64,000 nucleotides of DNA, from positions 29,946,001 to 30,010,000 of the forward strand of contig CM022679.1 in NCBI GenBank assembly GCA_012295275.1. Reading direction: 5' to 3'. The stretch comes from Chrysomallon squamiferum (lineage: Eukaryota; Animalia; Mollusca). Below, piece by piece: positions 1-21,483 of the stretch. The position numbers and the translations under genes are program-made. Numbering within the stretch: position 1 is the stretch's first letter; each line of letters opens with the position of its first letter. A model generated the notes under the pieces. The model was not told the origin of the DNA and did not search any database. It worked only from the letters and a program-made list of their open reading frames with translations.

Positions 1-174
1 ATAAAATAGTAAGTACTCCCCTACAGAAAGCCTTTGTTTATTAAAAGAATTAAATCTTTACGAGTTAAACTGAAAAATAGTTGATAAAAGTTTGCTATCG
101 GTCTATCACATTATTTAACTGCATTGTTTGCTTCATCAAGAGTTATTTCTCCTTCTGTTGTGTCTCTGTCATCG

Positions 175-385
175 TCAAACACAACACAGGCAGTACACAA
201 CAACACAAAAGAAAACAACACCATGACACGGAAATACAAAACAAAACAACATAACAAAACTTGACAGAGCTACACACAAAACAACACAACAAAACATGAA
301 CGGCAGTACATATCGCAACACAAAATACGTCACTACAATACACAACACAACAAAACATGACAGAACACTACACAATATAGCTATA
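175..385 (-). repeat. Degenerate (acaac)-rich minisatellite, reverse complement of the TG-rich intron-3 repeat
   Basis: acacaacac/acaaaacatga units; a shorter copy lies at ~10823-10900. Confidence 0.7.
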
Positions 386-1127
386 CAACCGCATGTCATA
401 TATGAAATTAATGTTACAACAAAAAAAAAAGTCATCTATATATAAATAATAAATATCTGAAAGTGAGTTGTAAACACATTACAGTCAGTTATGAAGCTGG
501 ATTTAATGTGATGTAAATTTAGTATGCTTTTATAATATAATATGATATTACAGTGGATATCATTTTAAGTTAAATGTGCACTTCTCACATCTATTATTAA
601 ACACTGACATAATACACTGGTAACTGAATACGAAACCTACGTGACGGTATTTTTATTAATTAATAACTACCACTATCGAGTTATCTAAAATTAGGAATGT
701 GAGAAGCTGCACGTACATTACAACTTCCACACTAAATAGGTTATGTCTCGATTTCGGAATTTTCCTGATGGGATACGTCAACGACGGGTTGTGAAGAGTT
801 ATTCCCCTTGAGGGCCATTAGTAATACTGGAGCTGAGGAAGATGATATTTGTATCTGACTTCATTTTACAAACTAACGAGAAATACTAACGTCATTTTTA
901 TTTTGTAGAAAATACTAAGGTCCATTTTTTTTTTTCATGTAGGCCCATTTCTAGACGCACAACGTCAAAGTAAAACTGTAAATATTACTACCATTCAGAT
1001 GTTCCCTGGGTTGGGTTTTAATTTCCCATTACTTTGGATGGTCTGTTAGAGAATGACCCTTCACTTTAGTAATATTAATGGCATGATTACCTGCCAAAGT
1101 CATAATAATCGTGACTTGATAATTCTT

Positions 1128-1152
1128 TTCTTTCTTTCTTTCTTTCTTTCCT

Positions 1153-1205
<53 letters not shown>

Positions 1206-1280
1206 TTCTTCTTCTTCTTCTTCTTCTTATTATTATTATTATTATTATTATTACTACTATTATTATTATTATTATTATTA
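1128..1280. repeat. Compound (CTTT)n(CTT)n(ATT)n microsatellite; paralogous tract ~11531-11693
   Basis: Seen directly; it generates the spurious poly-F/L ORFs. Confidence 0.95.
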
Positions 1281-2380
1281 TGGGTAACTTATATCGAGTA
1301 TCGACGATTACCGTCGTTTATTATTTGAACCTTTTTTAAATCCAGATGAAGAGAGCATGAATGTGTCACTACAGACTGAAAAAGTAATATGATGTTGTAG
1401 TCAATCAAATCAGCTTCGAAAACTATGTTGAAACAATAAATTTCATTAAAGTATATTTGTAACGATTTAAACGATATTTTTAACTCTATTAAATTAAAAG
1501 CCATAATCGATCAGTATTTTGTTTATTTATTTATACCATTTATAATCAGTCATCATCATCATTATTACTATTATTATATTCTTTATTACAAATATTTCCA
1601 CACACATAAATTAAATGTTTCATTCTAAATACATTTGTACTTAATTCCATTAAAGTAATATAACACTTCATAATAGACAACAAGGTGTGTGTGTGCGTGT
1701 GTGTGTGTGTGAGTTTGTGGGTGGGTGTATGTAAAATAACAGTCTAAACTGTATAAATTATAATAATTATAATAATTACTGCAAAAAATATTTTCGATTT
1801 AATTAAAAGAAATCATTGTGTGACGATGTTAACAGTGAAACACAATTCATGTCTGACAACAGAACAACGATATCAGACTGGTTAGTCACATGCAATACAA
1901 GACTTTCCGATATATTAAATTATCAATTAGCATGTTGATATAGTGATTTATTAACACGATATTGTCAATCTTGATGAATATTTAATGCAACATTCAATAC
2001 CTTTCTTGTTCATTGGAGACAGTAATTTGAAGCACTGGAAATGTTTGCACAGTATTACAAAAACTGCTATAATTGGCTGGTTGACAGTAAAAATATCATA
2101 CGCAAGAGGAAGCTTGCTACGTTACAGAACTGACTGAGTTGTTACGCTAAAATTTGTTAGTGTGTAAATACGAAAAATTGTATTAAAGATAATAACATTT
2201 AGAAATTATTAGACAAACAACTTTATATTCAAACATTTCATCATTCGATGCAACTGAAACAGCTGAAACTAGAATAATTTTATTAAGATAATAACACTAA
2301 TTTATTTGAGGAAAGATTTGATAATTTCAAAATATTTCGTGGCACTTGTCAATAAAATAAGAAGATTTAAGAAGAAAAAA

Positions 2381-5671
<3,291 letters not shown>

Positions 5672-5849
5672 TCTGAATAATCTCTGAAAACTGAAATGTT
5701 AGAGTACAAGCAAGTGTCTGTTAATTAATCAAGTGATAATTTAATAAATTGTAAAAAAAAAGAAATCTCCTAAAATTGTAATTGGAAATTCTAAATAAAT
5801 ATCTTCATTTACATAATCTTGTACTAGTTTTTTTTATATATATATATAT

Positions 5850-5904
<55 letters not shown>

Positions 5905-5953
5905 TAAAAAAAATTCGATCATAAAAGGGTAAAGAAATAGTAATAATAATACA

Positions 5954-6000
<47 letters not shown>

Positions 6001-6430
6001 ATAAATAAATAAACAAATGATTTTTGACAGGTATCAATATTTTTTTTCTTGCATATAAACATATAAACAAAGACACTGACACACATACATACATACATAC
6101 ATAGATACGTACATACATACGTACATACATACAGACATACATAAATACATACATATATACATACATACATACTTTTTTCTATTTTTGCCTAAATTAATCT
6201 CTCGATACATACATTCTTGATATTACTATTATATTTATTTATTTAATTTTACTTATTTATTTATTTATTTATTTATTTATTTGTTATTATTTTTATATCA
6301 TTTTTGCAGTAACATTTTTCAAATCACCAACTGACTGAAAAACATTAACATGCTAATCGCATGAAAAAACTCGTCTTTGTATATGAGTAGCTCTAAATAA
6401 TACGAAGAATAAGAAGAAGAAGAAGAAAAA

Positions 6431-6461
<31 letters not shown>

Positions 6462-7708
6462 CTGCCCTTAGTACTTTTTTAAATTTATATATGGTTTGTG
6501 TAAAATTATTATTAAAATACACAGAACATAAATGAACTTGTTGGGTTTATTTTTATTTGTTTGTTATAAAGACTTAAAAAACAAAAACAGTGATAATCTT
6601 CTTGCAGTAACCATAGTAACCACAGCATGGGTATGTGCTGCTCAGAAAGTGAACGGTAAAGAGATCTTGCTGATAATATATAACTAGCCATTTATATTCA
6701 GCCATTAATGTTATATGACGTCAGTTACCAGGCGACGAAGGCTTTTATCTGTTATATAAGTCTGTTTATGTAGTAGTTCTATTCAATAATGCGTCTAATA
6801 TTGCACTACCTGTTCTCACTATATATATATTAAAAAGTAATTGTTTAATATAACTATAGCATTTATTGTTTCTCAATAATTCTTCACCTACCTCAGAATA
6901 TTTATTATTATTACACACAGATATTATTTCGTTTGTTAATTTCTTTATTTATTGTAAAATTAAGCCATATTAGTATCAGCATGATTAATTAATAAAAAAA
7001 AAAAGAAGAGTTATTGTGTCCCACTCAGAAAGTGAGCGACAAAGAGATGTTGCTGATAACATATAAGAGAAATCCACCCAGTATTTTGTTTCTAATATAA
7101 CATAATACACAAGCTAAAATTCATACAGAAACCTGAAAAATTAAAAAGTGTTGCTCTGTAGTTAAACGAATATTTGTTTAATCAATAGCAAAGACTGCTA
7201 CATTTAGTTTCAGATAAAAAAAATGTATTAACCACCTCCAACATTACATGAAGGAATTGCAATTAATGAGTACAACGACTTCATTGTAAATTTACAGTCC
7301 GTAACATCTATTATGAAAACAGACAAAAAATGTATAATAAAAATAAATATGTGGTAATCATAAAGCATACAGACATGCATAATACATACATAGATGCGTA
7401 CATGTTCCACTTCTCCTACAATCTTTTTTTTTTTTATTATTTTTTTTTTTTAGCTCTTCCTTCTGAATATTGCTGGAGCATAAGAACAAAATTACCATAC
7501 ATTACTAATGTAAATGAACGTAATTATTTATGAAAATAATAAAAATAAAAAATACTTCGTTAGAGATTACCATCGAGGTGTTACAGGCTTCAGATTGAAA
7601 CCTCCCGAGTGCACCATATGAGGTTTTACCTTTTCATCAATATCGCCTTTAGGCCGCTGCATTTATTTGGATGAAACACCGTTAACAGTTGAATGGAATG
7701 GAAAAAAA

Positions 7709-7894
7709 TTAACGTGCTAATCAGAGCAAGCTGTTGTGAAGCACGTCTGCGACGGGCGCGCTTTCTGACAGGTCAGCGGGCGTGCCCGTCGCAGAAAAGA
7801 GTTTTGGGTAAGGAAAGAATGGGTTCTCGTCACGATTGCAGGACACAAGGGAGTGTCCAGCATATCGAATCGTGACGAGTCGGTACCGAGTTAA
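7709..7894 (+). other. GC-rich multi-hairpin element bounded by TTAA (structured ncRNA or degenerate piggyBac-type MITE)
   Basis: Inverted arms 7712-7718/7740-7746, 7746-7769/7772-7795, and 7826-7837/7868-7879 with inner GGACAC/GTGTCC. TTAA at 7709-7712 and 7891-7894. Confidence 0.55.
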
Positions 7895-8163
7895 GAGTGA
7901 ATGTTTTATGTTCATTCTGAACCGCTTCAAAATCTCATGAGTGTTTACAGTGCTGTGTAATGTGCTAAGATGCATGTCCACACAGGACAAGTCGATGTAA
8001 TGGAAGAATATATCAGCTGTTTGACGAATATATCAGCTGTTTCAGTTTTTGTTTTCAATAATCTAAGAGAACAAACGTTAATAAATATATACACGTCTGT
8101 TTCAAACCTGGCTCAAATTGTTGTTGCTCAAATTTCGATCTACAGCTAGAAGAATCTTCAGAC

Positions 8164-8766
8164 ATGTTTTACAAAAATTTGTTTCTTGGAGTTCTAATTC
8201 TTCATTTCTTTGGATTAACTTGGTGCCACTGTCCTGTCTGTACCAACTACGACAACTTCAGTGATCTCCTTCAAAACAACTCTGGTTCTTCAAGCACGTT
8301 TCTTGTGTTCAAAGACTTCGGACTACTACGATGTGTTCAGCAATGTCTGTTCAGAACAAGATATCAACTTTGACATTACCACGAACATTTGTGAACTAAA
8401 CCAGGAAAGCAACGGCAAACTGCTGTTTAAAAATAGAAGTATTTACTCTGAAATACAGAACTGGCCCAAGGTGTGTTAATTAGTTCTCTTTTTTAAATTA
8501 AATGATACCTGCATTTTCTTTGTAGGTTACAGAAATTTATCAGATGGAGTAAAAACGTATGTATATTTAAGGTTTTTTTTTATGTGTGTGCATAATGTGT
8601 ATATCTGTGTATATGTACATGTGTCAGTGTTTATGGCTGAATGATTGGATGTGTATAGATATATATATACACATGTCGCACATTATATATATGTATAAAG
8701 ATTGTGTGCGTATGAGTATTATGGCATAACCGTATCTTAAAATATAACAATATGAATGTTTTTTGG

Positions 8767-8848
<82 letters not shown>

Positions 8849-9963
8849 CCGTATAATTGTTTTATGATTTCTATTTTAAATCTTTTTATACTTAATAAAC
8901 CTTAAAATGAACATCTAAACTGCCTCCGTTCGGCCACTGACGTTTTGATCTTGTATTTCTCAACTTCTGATACAAAATCTTGATAACAACACGTTTCCAA
9001 TTTACCGTAAGGTATGATTATCGCTAATCGAAAAGATATTTAGTAGCAGTAACCAAAAAAAACCCCACATTCATCAATCAGTTATTTGATGCAAGTTTTT
9101 ACTTATGTTACAGGTTCCTACGCAGAGATTTGTGTGATTTGTGCATAATCGACGCAGGTCCTACGAGAATCCAAGGACATTCATACGATCCCGCGCGATA
9201 TATATATATATTGTTATTTTTATTTTTTTTTTTTTAAATCTGTACTTCTGCATTCCAGGAAGTAAATTTGAAATGTTTGGCAGCTTCAAAATATGTCAAA
9301 TGTTATACACAAAGAGAGGTTATTACTTCATGTTTGCCTCAGTGTGTCCAATCATCCTCTTCTCCATTAACGACATTATGTTATATTACAGCACATTCCT
9401 ACATGTGTACGTGTCTACAAAGTACTTATAAATAATACTGAATTTTTAATTCCCGAAAACTAATTGTTTAACGTGTAATTACTCGTTGTTTCTACCTGTG
9501 TTTTAGTGTGTAACAACATCTTGTGAACAGATACATTTCACACTTGATGAGTTCTATATATATTTTATTGTCTGAAACTTTTGATTAGTTTCAAATCTGT
9601 GCATGCACTACTGTTATTGTTACTACATTTAATTTATTTATTTATTTACTTATTCAATCAGAAACATCACCTCTGGATGTTGGTTACATCAAGGCCTCAA
9701 CTTTCCCCTTCTTTTACAAGATTCATGAAGCTTTAACCACGTTTGAGGAGGCTAGAAACACGTGTATAGAAGAAGGGGACAGCTGATGGAAATACAGTCT
9801 GCTGAGAAAAATAGTTATATAAAAGGAGTCATAAAAGGTACGAGATACCACACAAACAGTTTTTCATTGTGAAGAAATTTAACTATCATTTTCCTTTTTT
9901 CTTCATTTTCTTCTACATCTTCTTCTTCTTCTTCTTCTTCTTCTTCTTCTTCTTCTTCTTCTT

Positions 9964-9994
<31 letters not shown>

Positions 9995-10456
9995 TTATTA
10001 TTATTATTACTGTTGTTGTTGTTGTTGTCGTTGTTATTGTTTTGATAATGTTTCCTATGACCTCTGTTCCTTCTAGTATTCTCGCTGTTTTGTTATTATT
10101 TAGTTATCTTAATACTTCACAGAATCCAAGCTAGATCACCTAGAAAAATTACTTTATCACTACTGCACCTTCAAATCATACAAGTTTAAACTATTAACTT
10201 TTTCCTTTATTTGTTTATTTTAGATCTTAACACAGTTCAGGTGTTCTTTGGGGCCACTCATTTTTCAGGCGAATGGAGATGGAATTCCAGTAACACAGAA
10301 GTTGTGTTTACTGACTGGCACCCTGGCCAACCTAACAATAAAAAGGGCAACCAGTATTGTTCGGCTTTTAGAAGGCCGTTTGACTGGAAATGGAATGATT
10401 GTCACTGCTATAAAAAGTTTTCGTCTATTTGTGAAATATCTTATGAACAGATCTAA
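8164..10456 (+). pseudogene. G2: divergent PAN + C-type lectin pseudogene; exons 8164-8470, (exon 2 not found), 9662-9837, 10224-10456
   Basis: An 8-nt deletion (gtcagagc) at 8362/8363 removes a PAN Cys and gives TGA at 8371-8373. Exon 3 is 176 nt (1-nt loss at ~9776-9779). Exon 4 is intact, with WHPGQPNN..C..WNDC..ICE. Confidence 0.85.
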
Positions 10457-11167
10457 TTCATTTAAAAGGTGGAAACAAAATAAGAAATAATAATAATAAT
10501 AAAAACGGCAACAAAGAAAACTGTATAGTGTATAAGTGGAGACTGAATTGTTATAAATGGCAGAAAATGTTTTCATTTATCTTTTAAATAGCATAATAAA
10601 ATTAGATCATTTTCTTTTCAAATTAAAACAATAATTCCCCGACTCATCGAAATGGTAAATACTCCCCTACAGACAGCCTTTGTGTATTAAAATAATTAAA
10701 TCTTTACGAGTTAAACTGAAAAATACTTGATAAAAGTCTGCTGTCAGTCTATCACATTATTTAACTGCATTGTTTGCTTCATCAAGAGTTATTTCTCCTT
10801 CTGTTGTGTCTCTGTCATCGTCAAACACAACACAGGCAGTACACAACAACACAAAAGAAAACAACAACATGACACGGAAATACATAACAAAACTTGACAG
10901 AGCTGGATTTAAATTTAATGTGATGTAAATTTAGTATGCTTTTATAATATCATTTGATATTACAGTGGATATCATTTTAAGTTAAATGTGCACTTCTCAC
11001 ATCTATTATTAAACACTGACATAATACACTGGTAACTGAATACGAAACCTACGTGACGGCATTTTTATTAATTAATAATTACCACTATCGAGTTATCTAA
11101 AATTAGGAATGTGAGAAGCTGCACGTACATTACAACTTCCACACTAAATAGGTTATGTCTCGATTAC

Positions 11168-11177
11168 GGAATTTCCC
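11168..11177 (-). promoter_or_regulatory. Candidate NF-kB/Rel site GGGAAATTCC upstream of G3
   Basis: Exact kB consensus on the minus strand. The same 10-mer is at 20155-20164, and the G1 paralogous position 756-765 reads GGAATTTTCC. Motif match only. Confidence 0.3.
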
Positions 11178-11611
11178 TGATGGGATACGTCAACGACGGG
11201 TTGTGAAGAGTTATTCCCCTTGAGGGCCATTAGTAATACTGGAGCTGAGGAAGATGATATTTGTCTCTTTGACTTCATTTTACAAACTAACGAGAAATAC
11301 TAACGTCATTTTTATTTTGTAGAAAATACTAAGGTCCAATTTTTTTCATGTAGGTCCATTTCTAGACGCACAACGTCAAAGTAAAACTGTAAAGATTACT
11401 ACCATTCAGATGTTCCCTGGGTTAGGTTTTAATTTCCCATTACTTTGATGGTCTGTTACAGAATGACCCTTCTCTTTAGTAATATTAATGGCATGATTAC
11501 CTGCCACAGTCATAATAATCGTGACTTGATTTTTCTTTCCTTCTTTCTTTCTTTTTCTTTCTTTCTTTTCTTCTTCTTCTTCTTCTTCTTCTTCTTCTTC
11601 TTCTTCTTCTT

Positions 11612-11642
<31 letters not shown>

Positions 11643-12906
11643 TTATTATTATTATTATTATTACTACTACTATTATTATTAGTATTATTATTATGGGTAA
11701 CTTATATCGAGTATCGACGATTACCGTCGTTTATTATTTGAACCTTTTTTAAATCCAGATGAAGAGAGCATGAATGTGTCACTACAGACTGAAAAAGTAA
11801 TATAATGTTGTAGTCAATGAAATCAGCTTCGAAAACTATGTTGAAACAATAAATTTCATTAAAGTATATTTGTAACGATTTAAACGATATTTTTAACTCT
11901 ATTAAATTAAAAGCATAATCGATCAGTATTTTGTTTATTTATTTATACCATTTATAATCAGTCATCATCATCATTATTACTATTATTATATTATTATTAC
12001 AAAAATTTCCACACACATAAATTAAATGTTTCCTTCTAAATACATTTGTACTTAATTCCATTAAAGTAATATAACACTTCATAATAGACAACAAGGTGTG
12101 TGTGTGCGTGTTTGTGTGTGTGTGTGTGTTTGTGGGTGGGTGTATGTAAAATAACAGTCTAAACTGTATAAATTATAATAATTATAATAATTACTGCAAA
12201 AAATATTTTCGATTTAATTTAAAGAAATCATTGTGTGACGATGTTAACAGTGAAACACAATTCATGTTTGACAACAGAACAACGATATCAGACTGGTTAG
12301 TCACATGCAATACAAGACTTTCCGGTATATTAAATTATCGATTACCTTCTTGATATAGTGATTTATTGACATGATATTGTCAATCTTGATGAATATTTAA
12401 TGCAACATTCAACACCTTTCTTGTTCATTGGAGACAGTAATTTGAAGCACTGGAAATGTTTCCACAGTATTACAAAAACTGCTGTTTGGTGACATATAGA
12501 AATGAAAATGTTTAAAATACTTTAAAAAAAAACTTCTTTATTCTTTGTTGCCATAGAATGTAGATGTTTTTCAATTAATTATTATTATTATTTTCAAAGT
12601 ATTCATTCTGCTATACGTCTGTAGTTGGCTGGATGACAGTAAAAATATCATACGCAAGAGGAAGCTTGCTACGTTACAGAACTGACTGAGTTGTTACGCT
12701 AAAATTTGTTAGTGTGTAAATACGAAACATTCTATTAAAGATAATAACATTTAGAAATGATTAGACAAACAACTTTATATTCAAACATTTCATCATTCGA
12801 TGCAACTGAAACAGCTGAAACTAGAATAATTTTATTAAGATAATAACACTAATTTATTTGAGAAAAGATTTGATAATTTCATATAAGAAGATTTAAGAAG
12901 AAAAAC

Positions 12907-17360
<4,454 letters not shown>

Positions 17361-17548
17361 TCTGAATAATCTCTGAAAACTGAAATATTAGAGTACAAGC
17401 AAGTGTCTGTTAATTAATCAAGAGATAATTTAGTATATTGAAACTGTTTTGTTACGAAAAGAAAAGAAATCTCCTAAAATTGTAATTGGAAATTCTAAAT
17501 AAACATCTTCATTTACATAATCTTGTACTAGTTTTTTTGTATATATAT

Positions 17549-17583
<35 letters not shown>

Positions 17584-18105
17584 TAAAAAAAATTCGAACT
17601 TAATTACATCTTTCATTTCAAATGATCATAAAAGAGTAAAGAAATAGTAATAATAATACTAATAATAATAATACTTAATAAATAAATAAACAAATTATTT
17701 TTGACAGGTACCAATATTTTTTTCTTGCATATAAACATATAAACAAACACACTGACACACATACATACATACATACATACATACATAGATACGTACATAC
17801 ATACATACATAGATACATACAGACATACATAAATACATACATATATACATACATACATACTTTTTTCTATTTTTGCCTAAATTAATCTCTCGATACATAC
17901 ATTCTTGATATTACCATTATATTTATTTATTTAATTTTACTTATTTATTTATTTATTTATTTTTATATCATTTTTGCAGTAACATTTTTCAAATCACCAA
18001 CTGATTGAAAAACATGAACATGCTAATCGCATGAAAAAACTCGTCTTTGTATATGAGTAGCTCTAAATAATACGAAGAATAAGAAGAAGAAGAAGAAAAA
18101 AAAAA

Positions 18106-18148
<43 letters not shown>

Positions 18149-18889
18149 CTGCCCTTAGTACTTTTTTTTATTTATTTATGGTTTGTGTAAAATTATTATT
18201 AAAATACACAGAACATAAATGAACTTGTTGGGTTTATTCTTATTTGTTTGTTATAAAGACTTAAAAAACAAAAACAGTGATAATCTTCTTGCAGTAACCA
18301 TAGTAACCACAGCATGGATATGTGCTGCTCAGAAAGTGAACGGTTAATTTCTTTATTTATTGTAAAATTAAGCCATATTAGTATCAGCATTATTTATTAT
18401 AAAAAAAACAAAAAAGAGTTATTGTGTCCCACTCAGAAAGTGAGCGACAAAGAGATGTTGCTGATAACATATAAGAGAAATCCACCCAGTATTTTGTTTC
18501 TAATATAACATAAAGCACAAGCTAAAATTCATACAGAAACCTTAAAAATTTAAAAGTGTTGCTAAAATTCATACAGAAACCTTAAAATCAAAAAGTGTTG
18601 CTCTGTAGTTAAACGAATATTTGTTTAATCAATAGCAAAGACTGCAACATTTAGTTTTCAGATAAAATATGTAATAATCACCTTTAACAGTACATCAAGG
18701 AGTTGCGGTCGATTTTGTTTCTACTTACTGACGATTTTTGTAGTGAATAAATAATGCTTTTTCTATGCATAATTCTTCTTGTTCGTTTAAATGATAGTAG
18801 CGCTGTATTTCACAATTAAAATTAGTGTTTTGTTTCTTTCAAGACGTCGAGTTACTTAAATAAACGGTTAATTAACAACTCATTCACCA

Positions 18890-19005
18890 GGCAGGCTGTG
18901 ACTCAGTGGTTAGATTAGCTGGTTGATGGTGAATCACAAGATCGATGCTCTTCCGAGCTTCCATTGTGTCATTTCCCAGTCCCGTCAGTGTTCCAAAGGT
19001 GGTAG
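18890..19005 (+). mobile_element. Degenerate tRNA-derived SINE-like head; further copies at ~46135, ~52085, ~58043, ~63963
   Basis: A-box-like TGACTCAGTGG (18899-18909) followed by TTAGA, and B-box-like GATCGATGC (18940-18948) at Pol III spacing. Confidence 0.45.
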
Positions 19006-19857
19006 TCTTTGACTTCCCGAATGGATGTAGATTGTAGAAGATACTTCGGTTCTGATAAATAATAATACAAAAAAAATAATAGTAAAAAAAAATAAGTCAG
19101 TATATTGATCAAATAAGAGTAAACTTGATGCCAGCAAATGAAATATTAACGTCTTCCTTCCAACTGATTCTCTGTGACGCGGAATTCGCAGCTAATGAGT
19201 ATTACATTGCACAGTTCGTAACGTCTATAATAAACACAAACATGTGATAATCATATAACACACATCTTCATCTTCAATTTTTATTTTTGTAAATTCAATT
19301 TCACCTCTTCGTTGTGAATATTTTTTGAGCACAAGAGCAACATTTCCATACATTTTTAATATAAATTAACGTAATTATTTTCAAATAGCATAAACAAAAA
19401 TAAATAAAAAAATATTTAATGATTTTACACGTTCGGAGATAGGACGTATTGTGATGCATGCAAAAACAAATCTTCTTTTGTCCTGATGTGCGGGCCATTA
19501 ACCTAGTTAGAATGACCACAAGAGTTGGATCCATCATAGACCGCTTGTTTTTATTTATCAGATCTCGCTGAGTGCTCACTCACTGCGAGCAATCCTTCGA
19601 TGACTGTGTATTTTCGGAAACACAGACACATTTCACCTATAAACTGATGTTTGACCTACGTATATATCATACCACAGTAACTTGTAAGTGGTCTGTGACA
19701 AGTCCAACACGTGTGCTATTGAACAGCGATCCTGTTAGACATCGCATCACAAGGAGATTACTGCATCTAGACATATGTGTCATAAAAACAAGTAAATACC
19801 CATGCAGTTGTTGTTATCATTATCATCATTCTTATTACTGATTTTATTATTATTATT

Positions 19858-19889
<32 letters not shown>

Positions 19890-20154
19890 TTAGTGATTGT
19901 TGGTTATCCCTGGCAAATTGTCTGAATTAGTTTATTGTCTGTGTCGTTATCACAACAGTTTATTATTATAAACGTGTGTAAAAAAAATCCTTTGATCAGA
20001 GCTTACAGATGAAGGTTTGATTGGTTAATATTTTCTCAGTACAATCATTTAGCTGTCCCAGTTTCTAAAGCATAATAGTTTTTGTCAAAGACAACGATAT
20101 TTGATCTGTATGTATATCGCTAAATACAAATTATTCTCATTTTCCTTGCATTAT

Positions 20155-20164
20155 GGAATTTCCC
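20155..20164 (-). promoter_or_regulatory. Candidate NF-kB/Rel site GGGAAATTCC ~2.3 kb upstream of G4
   Basis: Exact motif match only. Confidence 0.25.
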
Positions 20165-20268
20165 AACGAATTTTATTTTTTCCCGAAAGGAATAGTGATG
20201 GTTATGAAACTTAGTGGATGATTCATCAGGTTATGTATATATTTAATATTAGTCAGAGATGTTTACTG

Positions 20269-20332
<64 letters not shown>

Positions 20333-21483
20333 TACTACTACTACTAATACTAATACCACTATTTATTCTACTACTAATACCAGTACAACTTCTGCTATTA
20401 CTACACTACTGCTACTACTAAACAGACGCATACACACATGCAAATATCTGTGTATTACATTTGGACCCTTAAAATGTTTGATCAGTATATGTATGTTTGT
20501 GCGTGCGTGTGTGTATGTGCTTATGTGTCTGCTGTATATTTACATATACGATTCAATTTAGACAGATATCATTTTGTTGGAGTATGGTTACGCGTATGCA
20601 TATGCACGTGTTTGTGTCTGAATTCCCTATTCAAAGTTTAGAAAGAAATCGATATATTGTTATTACTGTTTTATGAAAGATTTATGTTTTGCCGTATGAA
20701 TCGGGTATCACTTTTCTTATTGTTGTTTCCACGTTTCGTTAGAGATGCAAAGTTACCAAAAGGAGAAACACGTGACTACCTACCATTTACAACAGTCTGT
20801 TAACAAAACTATCAATCTGTCGGTTATACCCACATACACACACACATATATATATATATATACTTGAATACATACACACAATTATATGCACATGTACATA
20901 CTTGCATGCATACATACACAGATACACACAGTTGTATACATAAATGCATACTTATATCCATACCTACACACAAACAGATACATTCTTTCATATATATATA
21001 TACATATACACACAAACACCCATTTTTATACTTAATTGCATCCATACTTACACACACACACAATTATATATATACATACTTGCATATATGCATACATACT
21101 TAAAAACATACAGGTTAATCAGGTTAAAATTCAAATATTACTTTCAGTTAAAATTAGGAACATTTATGAAATATCGTTTCATTCAATCAGTAGACGTTAC
21201 CATTTTCAATGTGGCGTTATTTAGAGCGTTCGCCTGCACAATGTACGTAGCTATTTGAAACATTTAACAGTGATAAAAGAATTAAAGAGTTTTTTTTCTT
21301 CTTTTTTTCACGATATTCACAGGCAAGAGAACATAAAATTTATCCAGACGTGAAATGTTTAAAAATTTAAACGTTCATTTGTGGTGGGTCATGTGAATCG
21401 CTGAAGATGTATTGATATTCAGTCAATCATATTAAAGGGCATTCAGTTTACAGTACTTATCTACTCAGATCTATATCTCTACA

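Noticed and set aside
2306-2380. N-terminal extensions in the ORF track (MRKDLIIS..., MKFQLSS...)
   Set aside because: They start at TTG, are not conserved in frame across copies, and precede a clear ATG plus signal peptide.
8471-9661. Candidate exon 2 for G2 (after AG at 9113 or ~9506)
   Set aside because: The first hits an early stop. The second lacks the C-x4-C-x5-C-x8-C pattern and a matching phase-1 donor. Exon 2 appears lost, though a very diverged one cannot be excluded.
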